NCBI GenBank assembly: GCA_964036045.1 | Contig: OZ038378.1 | Span: 199,206,001 to 199,270,000 of the forward strand | DNA: 64,000 bases | Origin: Eutreptiella sp. 'Long Island Sound 2002' | Taxonomy: Eukaryota; Protista; Euglenida | Reading direction: 5' to 3' | Shown: in pieces, positions 34,084 to 45,605 of the stretch | Position numbering within the stretch: the stretch's first letter is position 1 | How the letters are laid out: the number at the start of each line of letters is the position of its first letter | Position numbers and translations under genes: made by a program | The notes under the pieces: generated by a model | Seen by the model: only the letters and a program-made list of their open reading frames with translations | What the model was told of the DNA's origin: nothing | Databases searched by the model: none

Positions 34084-34869
34084 TCACAGCCTGGGCGTTG
34101 GGGATTCCTCCACGAGTGCGGGGTGATCCCTCATTCCCGACATAGGTTCGGGAGGTGCAGGCGATGAGGCCACAAAGATGGGGGAATGGCGAAGTTCGCA
34201 ACGCTCCAGCACTCCGGTCTCCTCCTTCTCATTGTGGCTCCTAGCTTGCAGCGACGGGGGGGACCACCGGTCGCACTCATCCTCCTCGATGACCATGGGA
34301 TGGCCACATGTACCCTCGAGGGGTACGGTGGACTCGAGAACCAGTGTCGGATTAAACCGAGATCCGCTAGGGGGTGCAGGAGAATCCTCCACCAGGGAGG
34401 GGAACATCCTCGATCTGCTCATAGGAGTAGGCGAAGAGTGCACTATAGTGAGATTTTGCCTAGTCCCCAATAGGGATTGCTGGATGAAGGCCACAGCTGC
34501 TCGAGCAAGCCCCAAATGGTTGTGCGGGTCGGGGGTAGACGGACCTACTCGACGATTTGCAGCGTCAAGTTGGTCAACAATTGGGCTGATCGGCCCTGCC
34601 GCAAACAGGTTTTGCCTGACCTGGGGCTCTGGCAACCTTCCCAACGACGGGGGGGTGTCGGAGTCGACCACGATGGGGCCAATTGGCGACGCCATCGTGC
34701 CCGGGTCGGCAGAGCGCGAGGGTGCAGCGTGTGTCACCTCGATCCGTCGGATAACTAGTTCGTCTACTGCCCAATTCTTGGCGCTAGTAGCGGTTCCCTT
34801 GCGCTTGGAGGACGATGAATGCCCACTTAGCTCCTTCTGAGGGTAACGATCTACTTCCCCCCCGACCAC
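34084..34869 (-). CDS. Ser/Pro-rich 261-aa ORF without a recognisable domain, probably TE-associated or decayed
   Basis: Long stop-free frame in moderate-GC DNA with repeated VEDSP/VEESP motifs. GTG start only, and the upstream frame is broken. Confidence 0.3.
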   Translation of the reverse strand: MVGGEVDRYPQKELSGHSSSSKRKGTATSAKNWAVDELVIRRIEVTHAAPSRSADPGTMASPIGPIVVDSDTPPSLGRLPEPQVRQNLFAAGPISPIVDQLDAANRRVGPSTPDPHNHLGLARAAVAFIQQSLLGTRQNLTIVHSSPTPMSRSRMFPSLVEDSPAPPSGSRFNPTLVLESTVPLEGTCGHPMVIEEDECDRWSPPSLQARSHNEKEETGVLERCELRHSPIFVASSPAPPEPMSGMRDHPALVEESPTPRL

Positions 34870-36110
34870 TAGCCGGATTTTGGAAGACGACGGGCCCCGA
34901 TGGGAACATTCGGGGATTTCAGATACCCTGGATTTGTTTCAAGTTGTGGTTTGGCCCGTTTTTGCGGCCCTTGTCCGGTTGATGGAGTAAGGGCCGAGGA
35001 TGTGCTGAGGGCAGGGACCTGGGCACCCTCAGATATCCTTCCCGGAGAAGAGATCTTATTTTGGATTTAGTCCATCATGTCGAGGACTGATCGCTTGCTG
35101 CGATGCCAAGCGCCCAACAGAGACAAAAAATTTTGGCCTCTACCGCTACCATGAAACCGGACCAGGGAGTCAAAAGCACAGGTCGCAGTGGTAGGGGCAG
35201 CAACATGGCTCAACAAAGCAGACATAGCAATGATAGATTGCTGATAGTATCGTGGAAACAGATAAGGTGCAAATAGCCCTAGCAATACCTAATATGCACA
35301 TGTAGAATATCCAACCTCGCATCCAATAATTCTAATAAAGACAAAAGATCCAAGATTGCCTTATCTTTATCACATCCTATGTTCCTAACAAACAAATGAA
35401 ATGCAATATACAATAGTCCTATATATAGGGTCATATAATGGTCACTTAGGGACAATGTGCTAGGGTAGGGTTGTGACCTGCTTCAAGGGTCGCCAGGGCA
35501 CGCCTTGCATGGTTTCTCCGAATTCCGGTCGGAGGCTGTGATCCTCGTGTGAACTTTGCACAGACGGTCTCAGGCGCCGTGGCTGTTGCAAAGGCGGCTG
35601 ATGCAATCGTGTCAGACTTGTATGCGTGCTACCAATCCAAAATGACCCCCCATGGCCTGTATGCCACGCGGTTTTCTCGTGGACATTCCATGGTGTTGCC
35701 CACGATATCGGACGGCCGAACGGGTGCAGCATCAGACACTCTCATGTAGTCACGCAGTGCTTCGCCCGATTGCAGCATCCAATTTGCCACCCTTTCTTCT
35801 GCAAAAAAGTGCTCTACCGCTGCCATGTTTAGGTCCGGTACAGCGTTGCGCTTAGCGATTGTCAAACCCTCCAAGCGTGCCTACAGATGTCCAATAGCTT
35901 CCTGTTGAGGCTACCAGAGAGCTCGCAGCTCATCCGCAGGCTGGTGTCGGGCACTGCTGTGCCGCTCCTAACGCCCGATGGGTCCTATTTTGGGCCCTGA
36001 CATGATGAGCTTTTGAATGGGCATTTAAAAACTTGCATGCTGCATCAACAACAAAACAATAAAAAGTGATTTGAACAAATGTGTACACAACAGTTGATGT
36101 GATGCCCCGT

Positions 36111-37039
36111 TCAACAAAGACAAATAGGCAAGTAAAACAGGGGGCTAGCCGATGGGCCCTGTGGTCGTTGAGGTCCTGGACTTCGCGCCTGCATCGGGCC
36201 CTTCGGTGGATGCGGTTGATTTGGGAATGATTGTGTGGCACAATCTTGAGCCCAATGACCGTGCATGCCGCACGCAACGCATGCACCCGGAACTCCGGTA
36301 CCCTCTTCAGGTCTTTGGTCGGAGGACTGTTGCGGCAACAGCGAAGGATGCAATGGACGGACTTTGCTCGTATACTGGATTACGCACTGTCAACGGAATG
36401 GTACACTACATCCCAAATGTCTTGAGCCAACACTCCACCTACTTTCGCTGCATCAGCAGGATCGCTTTTGACATAGTGCAAAATAGCTTGTGCAATGTCT
36501 CGTTACCAAACCCAGGGTGGCGATCCTGGAGTCAAACCCAATACATTGTCCACGGAGAGGGGCGGAGAACGGGGACCTCGCAATTGCTGAAATCATCGCT
36601 CAATGACATCCATTTCCTTTTCAACGTCTTCCGGTGATTCAAAGATAGGTCAGTGAGCATGATCTTGGAGCTAGCCGACAGGATCACTATGCTACCATTC
36701 ACCAATCTCCACATTCAACTACTGGCCATACGTGTTCTGAAACAGAGCCAGCTTCAACAAAATCTCATTGTGTTCCAACGTTGGCGCCGCCCAGTGCAAC
36801 AATTCGTCCACCTCAGACCTTGGGAGACCTCGAAAAAGTAGTTGGGCATGAAGCTGGGCTGCTATCATCCCACGCTCCACAGCAGACATGAACGCGATAA
36901 ATATATCCCTAGTTCCATGACGCCCACCGTAAATATGCGTTGGTGTCTCGAAGCGGCATATCAACATCCGTCGCAAAGGCCACTTTGCGCTGCTTAGCTG
37001 TTTGCAAATAAGAAAACATGCAAAATGACTGTCTGGCAC
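36111..37039 (-). pseudogene. Decayed Gag-like ORF ending in a CCHC zinc knuckle
   Basis: One frame runs from 37039 to about 36370 with protein-like text punctuated by TAG/TGA/TAA stops compatible with C>T changes. It then frameshifts into GACVACGMHGHWAQDC (C-x2-C-x4-H-x4-C, ~36290-36245). Confidence 0.55.
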
Positions 37040-37484
37040 CCAAAAATTTCAACTAAAATACACGGAAGCAGTCCTGACCGTGTTATCCGTGGCCAAATTC
37101 TTGCATTGCGTGCAGCACTGCGTGCATACTGCGCACGCAGAGGCCGGGATACTCACCCAAGAATACCTGTCACCTGTCTGGTAGCAAATAGGATGAAAAT
37201 AAAGGCAGTGGTGATTCTGAGCGTGGACACGACACACTTGTTGATGGCAAGCGAGGACAGTGATGTGGTGGGGATGGAGGCCGTACCACAAACTGCTCAA
37301 GGTCCGCGGAGATACATGTGTATTCTACGAGCAGGGTGCAAAATACAGTAGCGCCAGCAGACGCGCTGAAGTTGTATGACCACATACCAGGCTCAGGGTG
37401 CCCGTTTGACATTTGGCAACAAACATGGGAGAGGCATGAACGCAAAGCAAGGGGCTGAATTACAACCGTAGCGCCGACTGTATA

Positions 37485-37551
37485 TATACACATACACAAC
37501 ACAAAATGCCAAACACAAACACAGATACACACACAACACACACTGACACAA

Positions 37552-37584
<33 letters not shown>

Positions 37585-37620
37585 ACACACACACACACAC
37601 ACAGAAACACAAACACAAAT
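37485..37620 (+). repeat. (CA)n / CAAA-interrupted microsatellite
   Basis: Direct reading. Confidence 0.95.
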
Positions 37621-37988
37621 GAAAGATTGGCACAGTTTCATCAATAACACCGAAGAGTTGAAGGCCCACAATAACGCTCCATCAAAAATGCCCGGCGCGC
37701 ACCCCGTGCGCTAACGCCCATGCAGGGGAGGAAATAGGGGCAAAGAGTTGAAAATGGGCAAAAATGGTTGGCAATTGAAATATGCCACATCCTAAATGCT
37801 TAAGAAGGCAAAAAAAACCCTGGTACGGAACCAAAAACTTGTGAACAGGCGCTGAAACTAGGGCTCGGGTATTTGCCGACATCCAAAACTTCGCACTGAG
37901 TGCATGGCATTCCCGATGCAGTCACACGAATGCATTCCCTGTCATCCCCCTCCAGGTGGCAAAACAAAATTTATTTGCATAAATTTAC

Positions 37989-39921
37989 TTCCACACTGAC
38001 ACCACAAACGAGTGTGGTAGAGGGTCTGACGCATCGTGACGATGAGCTGAGTTTGAAACCAGATTATGCAGTGCAAAGCCTCCACACCCGTAGGCTTCCC
38101 AGTGTGCATGAGGCACAGCGGACTTTAGGCTGAAACTGACCCAACATGCACCCGGCAACAGGGCACAGAGGGCCATGGAGGTGTTGAAGGGATGTGAGGC
38201 CACTCCTCAACCCTCCTCAGCCCTCTAGAGCTCTCACCACACCGCCCACCTCCTCATCTGTGGCACATGGCAAGGGGCATTTCGGTGCAGGCACAAAAAC
38301 ATACAATGAAACAAATAACGTAGTGCACATATGCATACAAGAGACCAGGCACAAAAACATACAATGAAACAAATAACGTAGTGCACATATGCATACAAGA
38401 GACGAAACGACTCGGAGGTGTGCCATTGCACGCTGCGGATTTAGGGAGGGGGAGGGCAGTGGTCATATATCGATATAGATTCGAACGGCATGGCTATCAG
38501 ATGATGTGCCCAAACAAGAATAATACACAAGCACCGCTGGAGGAATGGGATGTCTTGCACTGGTGTTCCATTGGTTTTGGTACACCAGATGACTCCTCGG
38601 AAGCAAGTTTCAGAGCTGTCCAGTTCTACCAGATCTAGGTAGCAGGTCTGACATGTAGTGAGGACAAGTTTCCCCCCTCCCCCCCCCCTTGTCCAAGCAA
38701 CGGTAAATGACCAGAAATTGATGGAACCAGTGCCTATTGCTGCTTGGACATAGGCGTTGCTTGGACAAGGGGGGGCGGGGTTAGTTTGATCCCAGATTAT
38801 GCAGTGGAAAATTGCCTTCCCAGTATCCCGTTCTTGGTGGCATCCCAGCATCATACAGCACTGCATAGAGGGTGGGCGTGCTGGAAGGCACCGAGGTACC
38901 CGGAAGCAATACAAAGACCGTGAAGGTGAGTTGCGAACGCCCCCAAGGGCGTGAAGGTGATTAAAACCTTGCGTGTGCAATGCAAACACCCCATCCCCTC
39001 AACAGTCATCACGGCACCCTTTCTGTAAACTCCTTGCACAGAAATTCTGATGACAAAGATGGCATTAATACAATTCCACTCATTGTTGAGCTAAGAAACT
39101 GGATACCTGGTGCACTAGGCCTTGTGGAATAATAGTGTTTGTTTGGTTGCTGAAATACAACAACATAATGCACAAATATCCCCAAAATTAGAGCTATGTG
39201 GGTTCAAGTGGGCAAACCCTCACAACAAATGTGTCCATGACCCTATGTAACTGGCAAATTTGTAGCCAAACCAATGTCTTATGTGGCCGCACTACATTTG
39301 TATCGAATCAAATTAGGTACCAAATTTATACGGTCCCTACGCCTGCTGCAGCTTGGGCCAGGGCGCAGCTATTACAAGGGGGGGGGGGGGGAGAACCCTC
39401 CAAACTGTGTTCCCAGGAGCCTCCCCCCTGCCAAAACCTGGCACTGCTGTGCACTGCCAGCAGTGCCAGGTTCCTCACCGGCAATAACTACGGGCATCTT
39501 GCACCACCGCACAATTGCTTTTGAAACTGGGCACCAGGGACTTCCTGTTCATCTGCCTGGACCTGTATTTTTATACATCAGGCCTGTGCTGAGTAGCAGT
39601 AAGGCGCTTGGGCTGACTGCCCGGTCTACACCAGGGCACAGTGCAGTCACACGATGAATTCGATGAATCGTGTGCCCCGTGGGGAGAACTTGGACCTGTG
39701 CCTGCAGCTTACTCTGGTGCATGGTAGTGCAGTGGGTACTGCCACGCCGAAGCAACCCAACATCAATCTGTTGCATATACCGTCGAAAAAGCTAGATGTC
39801 ACACTGGAGATGTTGCCTGAGCTTGCACAGGGATGCATCAGAGGTCAGTGACCCTGCTGCTCATTACAAAGAGCACGCTAATCCCAGTAAAGCCCTCTGC
39901 CCACCTAAAGATTCTCCCCAT
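37989..39921 (+). repeat. 1.93-kb direct repeat, copy 1; includes a 58-bp tandem duplication at 38288-38402
   Basis: Collinear with 41848-43771 (offset 3859 to 3850), with scattered SNPs and homopolymer-length differences. Confidence 0.95.
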
Positions 39922-40964
39922 GTTAAAAGATCCCCAATTAACCCAGTGGGGCAATGCACAGGGCTGGCTATTGCCCCAACGTGGGTTACACCAGTTGCTT
40001 GCCCGGGTTCTTGCCCTTGGTAATGGAGATGTTGCGTCACATCTAGCATAAAACTATTCGCAGAGTCAGGCAGTGTGGCTAACCGGCATGTCTCCTACAG
40101 AGGTGCGGCGCGCATGCGTGTGTGCAGTGTGTGTCGCTTGCGTGTACAGTCGGAGGGCGTTGCTGAAGGCACCCTCGTGGTGTTTGTGGCATCGCCGTAT
40201 GTAGCTGCTTCCTCACAGAGCGGTGCTGCAGTACCCTCTTCCTGGAATACAAGTGCTGTCTGGATCAAGACCAAGATGAGCTGGCATCGCATGCTCACTG
40301 CAATGGTACTCAAGACAACTTTTCGGAATCAAAGTTCAGAGCTTTCCAGTTCCACGATGACCTCACGACTGACTGTGGTACCCCCAACGGTGGGCCAACA
40401 CAGCGGCTTGGTGCATCTTCGTGATCCAGGGAGATTGCAAGGGGTGGGCGATTTCAGGGGTGGGGGGGCAGAAGGTACACAAACTTTTTTTTTGCCCTCA
40501 GATACCCTTTCCCCATGGGATAGGCTGGCCAACAAGCACATCCACCACCACCACAGCTGATGTGGGATATGTAACTGCCGCTGCCGATCACGATCAAAAT
40601 GACGGTGGTGGTGGTGCGAGTGGAGTGAGTCACTTGTCAACCGTGCAAAAATCGTCGAACGCGGATACCAACACAGTACATGGCAGCAGCTGCGGTGTTA
40701 CATGGCACGCACTCCGCCACAGCTAGAGTGAAACTCGCTAACACCCCATCCGCTTCCAGACCAAAAGGAGCAGGTGAACACAACAATGGCTGCAAACCGT
40801 GGCAACCACTGTGGACAGCAGCAACACGTGGTTGGGGAAACGAGGGAAATGGGAAGACAGAAAATGGATGTGGGGTTGGCTCCGTGGGCCTTCGGGCAAT
40901 TGCACAAATTGCCGCCCATTTGACAACTGTTTTCATTGTGATGTGACACAGTTGGAACTGACTG

Positions 40965-41212
40965 CAGGGTACCCCCCCCCCCCCCCAAAGGGGGGATAAA
41001 ACCACCCCAGGGGTCAAAAATGGCCAAAAAGGGGGTTGGGGGTGGTTTTATCCCCCATTTGGGGGTGGTTTTATACCCACGACCACTTGCCCTTCACCAT
41101 GGAAAAATGTGGCGCAAATTTTCCCAGAACTTTTAATGATTGTGGCGGAATTTTTCCCGTACTTCATTTTTCCGGACAAAAAAATTCCCGTACTAAAGAC
41201 ACCCCCCCCCTG
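40965..41212. mobile_element. MITE-like insert with a perfect 18-bp inverted repeat
   Basis: GGGGGATAAAACCACCCC (40991-41008) and its reverse complement (41039-41056). The ends are CAGGG...CCCTG; no TSD was found. Confidence 0.5.
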
Positions 41213-41248
41213 TAGTTGCACTGCATGCACACTGCGCTCAAGGCGCCC

Positions 41249-41376
41249 CGTTTACCCAGACATTTGGTTGTGCATCCCTGACTTTACCCAGACATTCGGT
41301 CACGCATCCCTCACTTTAACCACACATTCGGTTGTGCGTCCCTAACTTTCCACACACATTCGGTGAGGCGTCCCTC
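41249..41376 (+). repeat. 32-bp minisatellite x4
   Basis: ACTTTACCCAGACATTCGGTCACGCATCCCTC-like units start at 41249, 41281, 41313 and 41345. Confidence 0.9.
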
Positions 41377-41847
41377 ACAGTGTGCGAACAAATGTGGGAT
41401 AAATGTGTCTTTGGGTTTGCAACCAATTCTGTTGACGCACTCCATACACACACCGCCATAGAAATGTGACCTCCTGCAGTTGTGTCCCATTGGTTTTGGT
41501 ACACCAGATGAATGCCGGAATGCCGGAATCAAGGTTCAGAGCTGTCCAGTGGCCCCACAACTGACTGTGGTAGCACATCTGACATGTAGTGAGGACAAGC
41601 TTAGTTTGATACTGGATTATGCAGTGGAAAACTGCCTTCCCGGTATCCCGTTCTTGGTGGCATATGGGCATCCCAGGATCATGCAGCACCGCACAGAGGG
41701 TGGGCGTGCTTTCTCACAGAGTGGTGCTGCAGTTCCCTCTACAAGAAGAACTACTGTCTGGAGTAAGAGCAAGATGAGCTGGCGTCGCCTGCTCACTCTA
41801 ATGGTAATCAAGATGGGTTCTCGGAATCAAGGTTCAGAGCTTTCCAG

Positions 41848-43771
41848 TTCCACACTGACACCACAAACGAGTGTGGTAGAGGGTCTGACGCATCGTGACG
41901 ATGAGCTGAGTTTGAAACCAGATTATGCAGTGCAAAGCCTCCACATCCGTAGGCTTCCCAGTGTGCATGAGGCACAGCGGACTTTAGGCTGAAACTGACC
42001 CAACATGCACCCGGCAACAGGGCATAGAGGGCCATGGAGGTGTTGAAGGGATGTGAGGCCACTCCTCAACCCTCCTCAGCCCTCTAGAGCTCTCACCACA
42101 CCGCCCACCTCCTCATCTGTGGCACATGGCAAGGGGCATTTCGGTGCAGGCACAAAAACATACAATGAAACAAATAACGTAGTGCACATATGCATACAAG
42201 AGACCAGGCAGAAAAACATACAATGAAACAAATAACGTAGTGCACATATGCATACAAGAGACGAAACGACTCGGAGGTGTGCCATTGCACGCTGCGGATT
42301 TAGGGAGGGGGAGGGCAGTGGTCATATATCGATATAGATTCGAACGGCATGGCTATCAGATGATGTGCCCAAACAAGAATAATACACAAGCACCGCTGGA
42401 GGAATGGGATGTCTTGCACTGGTGTTCCATTGGTTTTGGTACACCAGATGACTCCTCGGAAGCAAGTTTCAGAGCTGTCCAGTTCTACCAGATCTAGGTA
42501 GCAGGTCTGACATGTAGTGAGGACAAGTTTCCCCCCTCCCCCCCCCCTTGTCCAAGCAACGGTAAATGACCAGAAATTGATGGAACCAGTGCCTATTGCT
42601 GCTTGGACATAGGCGTTGCTTGGACAACGGGGGGGGGGTTAGTTTGATCCCAGATTATGCAGTGGAAAACTGCCTTCCCAGTATCCCGTTCTTGGTGGCA
42701 TCCCAGCATCATACAGCACTGCACAGAGGGTGGGCGTGCTGGAAGGCACCGAGGTACCCGGAAGCAATACAAAGACCGTGAAGGTGAGTTGCGAACGCCC
42801 CCAAGGGCGTGAAGGTGATTAAAACCTTGCGTGTGCAATGCAAACACCCCATCCCCTCAACAGTCATCACGGCACCCTTTCTGTAAACTCCTTGCACAGA
42901 AATTCTGATGACAAAGATGGCATTAATACAATTCCACTCATTGTTGAGCTAAGAAACTGGATACCTGGTGCACTAGGCCTTGTGGAATAATAGTGTTTGT
43001 TTGGTTGCTGAAATACAACAACATAATGCACAAATATCCCCAAAATTAGAGCTATGTGGGTTCAAGTGGGCAAACCCTCACAACAAATGTGTCCATGACC
43101 CTATGTAACTGGCAAATTTGTAGCCAAACCAATGTCTTATGTGGCCGCACTACATTTGTATCGAATCAAATTAGGTACCAAATTTATACGGTCCCTACGC
43201 CTGCTGCAGCTTGGACAAGGGTGTAGCTATTACAAGGGGGGGGGGGGAAGAACCCTCCAAACTGTGTTCCCAGGAGCCTCCCCCCTGCCAAAACCTGGCA
43301 CTGCTGTGCACCGCCAGCAGTGCCACGTTCCTCACCGGCAATAACTACGGGCATCTTGCACCACCACACAATTGCTTTTGAAATTGGGCACCAGGGACTT
43401 CCTGTTCATCTGCCTGGACCTGTGTTTTTATACATCAGGCCTGTGCTGAGTAGCAGTAAGGCGCTTGGGCTGACTGCCCGGTCTACACCAGGGCACAGTG
43501 CAGTCACACGATGAATTCGATGAATCGTGTGCCCCGTGGGGAGAACTTGGACCTGTGCCTGCAGCTTACTCTGGTGCATGGTAGTGCAGTGGGTACTGCC
43601 ACGCCGAAGCAACCCAACATCAATCTGCTGCATATACCGTCGAAAAAGCTAGATGTCACACTGGAGATGTTGCCTGAGCTTGCACAGGGATGCATCAGTG
43701 ACCCTGCTGCTCATTACAAAGAGCACGCTAATCCCAGTAAAGCCCTCTGCCGACCTAAAGATTCTCCACAT
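41848..43771 (+). repeat. 1.93-kb direct repeat, copy 2
   Basis: See copy 1. Lacks the 7-nt GAGGTCA present at 39841-39847. Confidence 0.95.
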
Positions 43772-44910
43772 AGGGGGGATCGCCTCACTTCCACACATCA
43801 AAGCGAGACATACAAAATTTCCCAAAAAGTGCCAAAACCCTCCGTGTTAGATTAAACTGAATGTCCCCGAGAGATATATTGTTTATATTTTAGTGGTGCA
43901 GTGTCCAATGTGCCCATGACACTGACATGGTTTGCTGTGTTTGCTGCTGGGGGTGAGGGTCCAATTACAACAAGAACTGGGCGGAATAGGACCCCAGAGA
44001 TGTACGGCATCTCACTCGAAAATGCCTATCGGTATCACTGTTTCTTGATACCCCCCAAGAGGGCGGTAGAGGGCGGTAGTCTCCTCTGGGCCTTCAAATA
44101 TTCATTGAGGTCAGCATTGTACATCTCCACAATCACCTTTGAGGAAGGGTAGGGCCGGCAGGGGCAGGGGCAGGGGTAGGGGCATGAGGCAGGGGGGGGG
44201 GCATTGGCAGAAGCGAAGGCCGGGGGCAGGTCATAGAGCGCTCCCCATACAACGTCCCGGTATGTGTATGCAGCAATGTTTGGCAGTTCAACTGATTCCA
44301 CGGTAATCCACGTCCTTTGCGTTCCATACCTCAATGATGTGCCCATCACTAATGTAGCCTAAATGAGTCAGTTCCTGTCTGGACTGCTCTGGTGTGTGCT
44401 CACTCTAGTTCTTCCCTGCGGCTGTATTTTGTTGACACTTCATGTTTGAATGTTACAGTACAGTTGAAGGCTCTTAGCATTCCATTCTGGCCAGTCATAT
44501 CTTGCCGAGGCTGATCCCATTCGATCAACAGCAAGTGGCCTTTGTGCCACACTAAGAGGAGGTGACGGGTGTAGGGTTTAGCGCATTAGAAAGAATCAGA
44601 AGAATCAGAAGCAAGGGTGGCGGCTGGGGGGGGGGGAAGGGCATGGGCAGGGGCATGAGCAAGGGCACGGGCAGGGAGAAGAAGAGCGCCCTGGCAATCC
44701 CCAGACGCCAGTGTAATATACCTTGTTTGCACACACCCACACACCGGAGCGATAGATAGTATGCACGAAGTCGCCCCCCCCTACCTCCCCCCCCTACCTA
44801 CCCCCCCCCCCCTTGCCCCCCCTACCCCCCCCCCCCCCCTACCTTCGGCTCGCTTCGCTCGACAGACGGCTCACTTCGCTCGACACGGGGGCCAGCCCCC
44901 GCACCCCCCT

Positions 44911-45385
44911 TAAATAACATGACTCCTGCGGTGGCCACAGACCGCCTTTTGTGTGTTCCGCCTTGTGTGTGCACCGCCTTCTGTGTGTACCGCCTTGCCC
45001 GTGGCCCCTTAAATAAAATGACTCCCGCGGTGGCCACAGATTGCCTTTTGTGTGTTCCGCCTTGTGTGTGCACCGCCTTGCCTGTGGCCCCTTCAATAAC
45101 ATGACTCCTGCGGTGGCCATAGGCCGCCTTTTGTGTGTTGCGCCTTGTGTGTGCAACGCCTTCTGTGTGTACCGCCTTGCCTGTGGCCCCTTCAATAACA
45201 TGACTCCTGCGTTGGCCACAGGCCGCCTTTTGTTTGTTCTGCCTTGTGTGTGCACCGCCTTCTGTGTGTACCACCTTGCCTGTGGCCCCTGAAATAACAT
45301 GACTCCTGCGGTGGCCACAGACCGCCTTGTGTGTGCACCGCTTTGTGTATGCACCGCCTTCTGTGTGCACCGCCTTCTGTGTGTA
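44911..45385 (+). repeat. Hierarchical minisatellite: 99/83-bp units built from ~16-bp subunits, about 5 copies
   Basis: Units start at 44911, 45010, 45093, 45192 and 45291 (AATAACATGACTCCTGCGGTGGCCACAG...), with subunit GTGTGCACCGCCTTCT. The array is flanked by C-rich tracts at 44775-44842 and 45393-45540. Confidence 0.9.
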
Positions 45386-45605
45386 TGATCCTACGCCCCC
45401 CCCCTCCCCCCCAACCCACCCCGTCCCCCCCCTACCCCCCCCCTCCCCCCCAACCCACCCCATCCCCCCCCTACCCCCCCCTACCTTCTCGACCCCCCCC
45501 CTACCCCCCCCTACCTCCCCCCCCCTACCCCCCCCCCCCCCAGGATGGCGGGCCCGGCCCGGCGCGGCCAGACGTAGGGCCCACGGGCACGGCCACCCCG
45601 GAGGG

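Noticed and set aside
35460-35880. Tyrosine recombinase call for the RRNHARRALAT...GH text
   Set aside because: The resemblance to HxLR...GH boxes is too loose, and no catalytic Arg/Tyr context could be placed.
41249-41376. CRISPR-like appearance of the 32-bp units (also the 42- and 51-bp arrays)
   Set aside because: The units are contiguous with no unique spacers, there are no cas genes, and the context is eukaryotic.
37989-43771. LTR retrotransposon call for the 1.93-kb direct repeats
   Set aside because: No 5' TG, TSD, PBS/PPT or gag-pol interior, and the spacer is made of older copies of the same modules.
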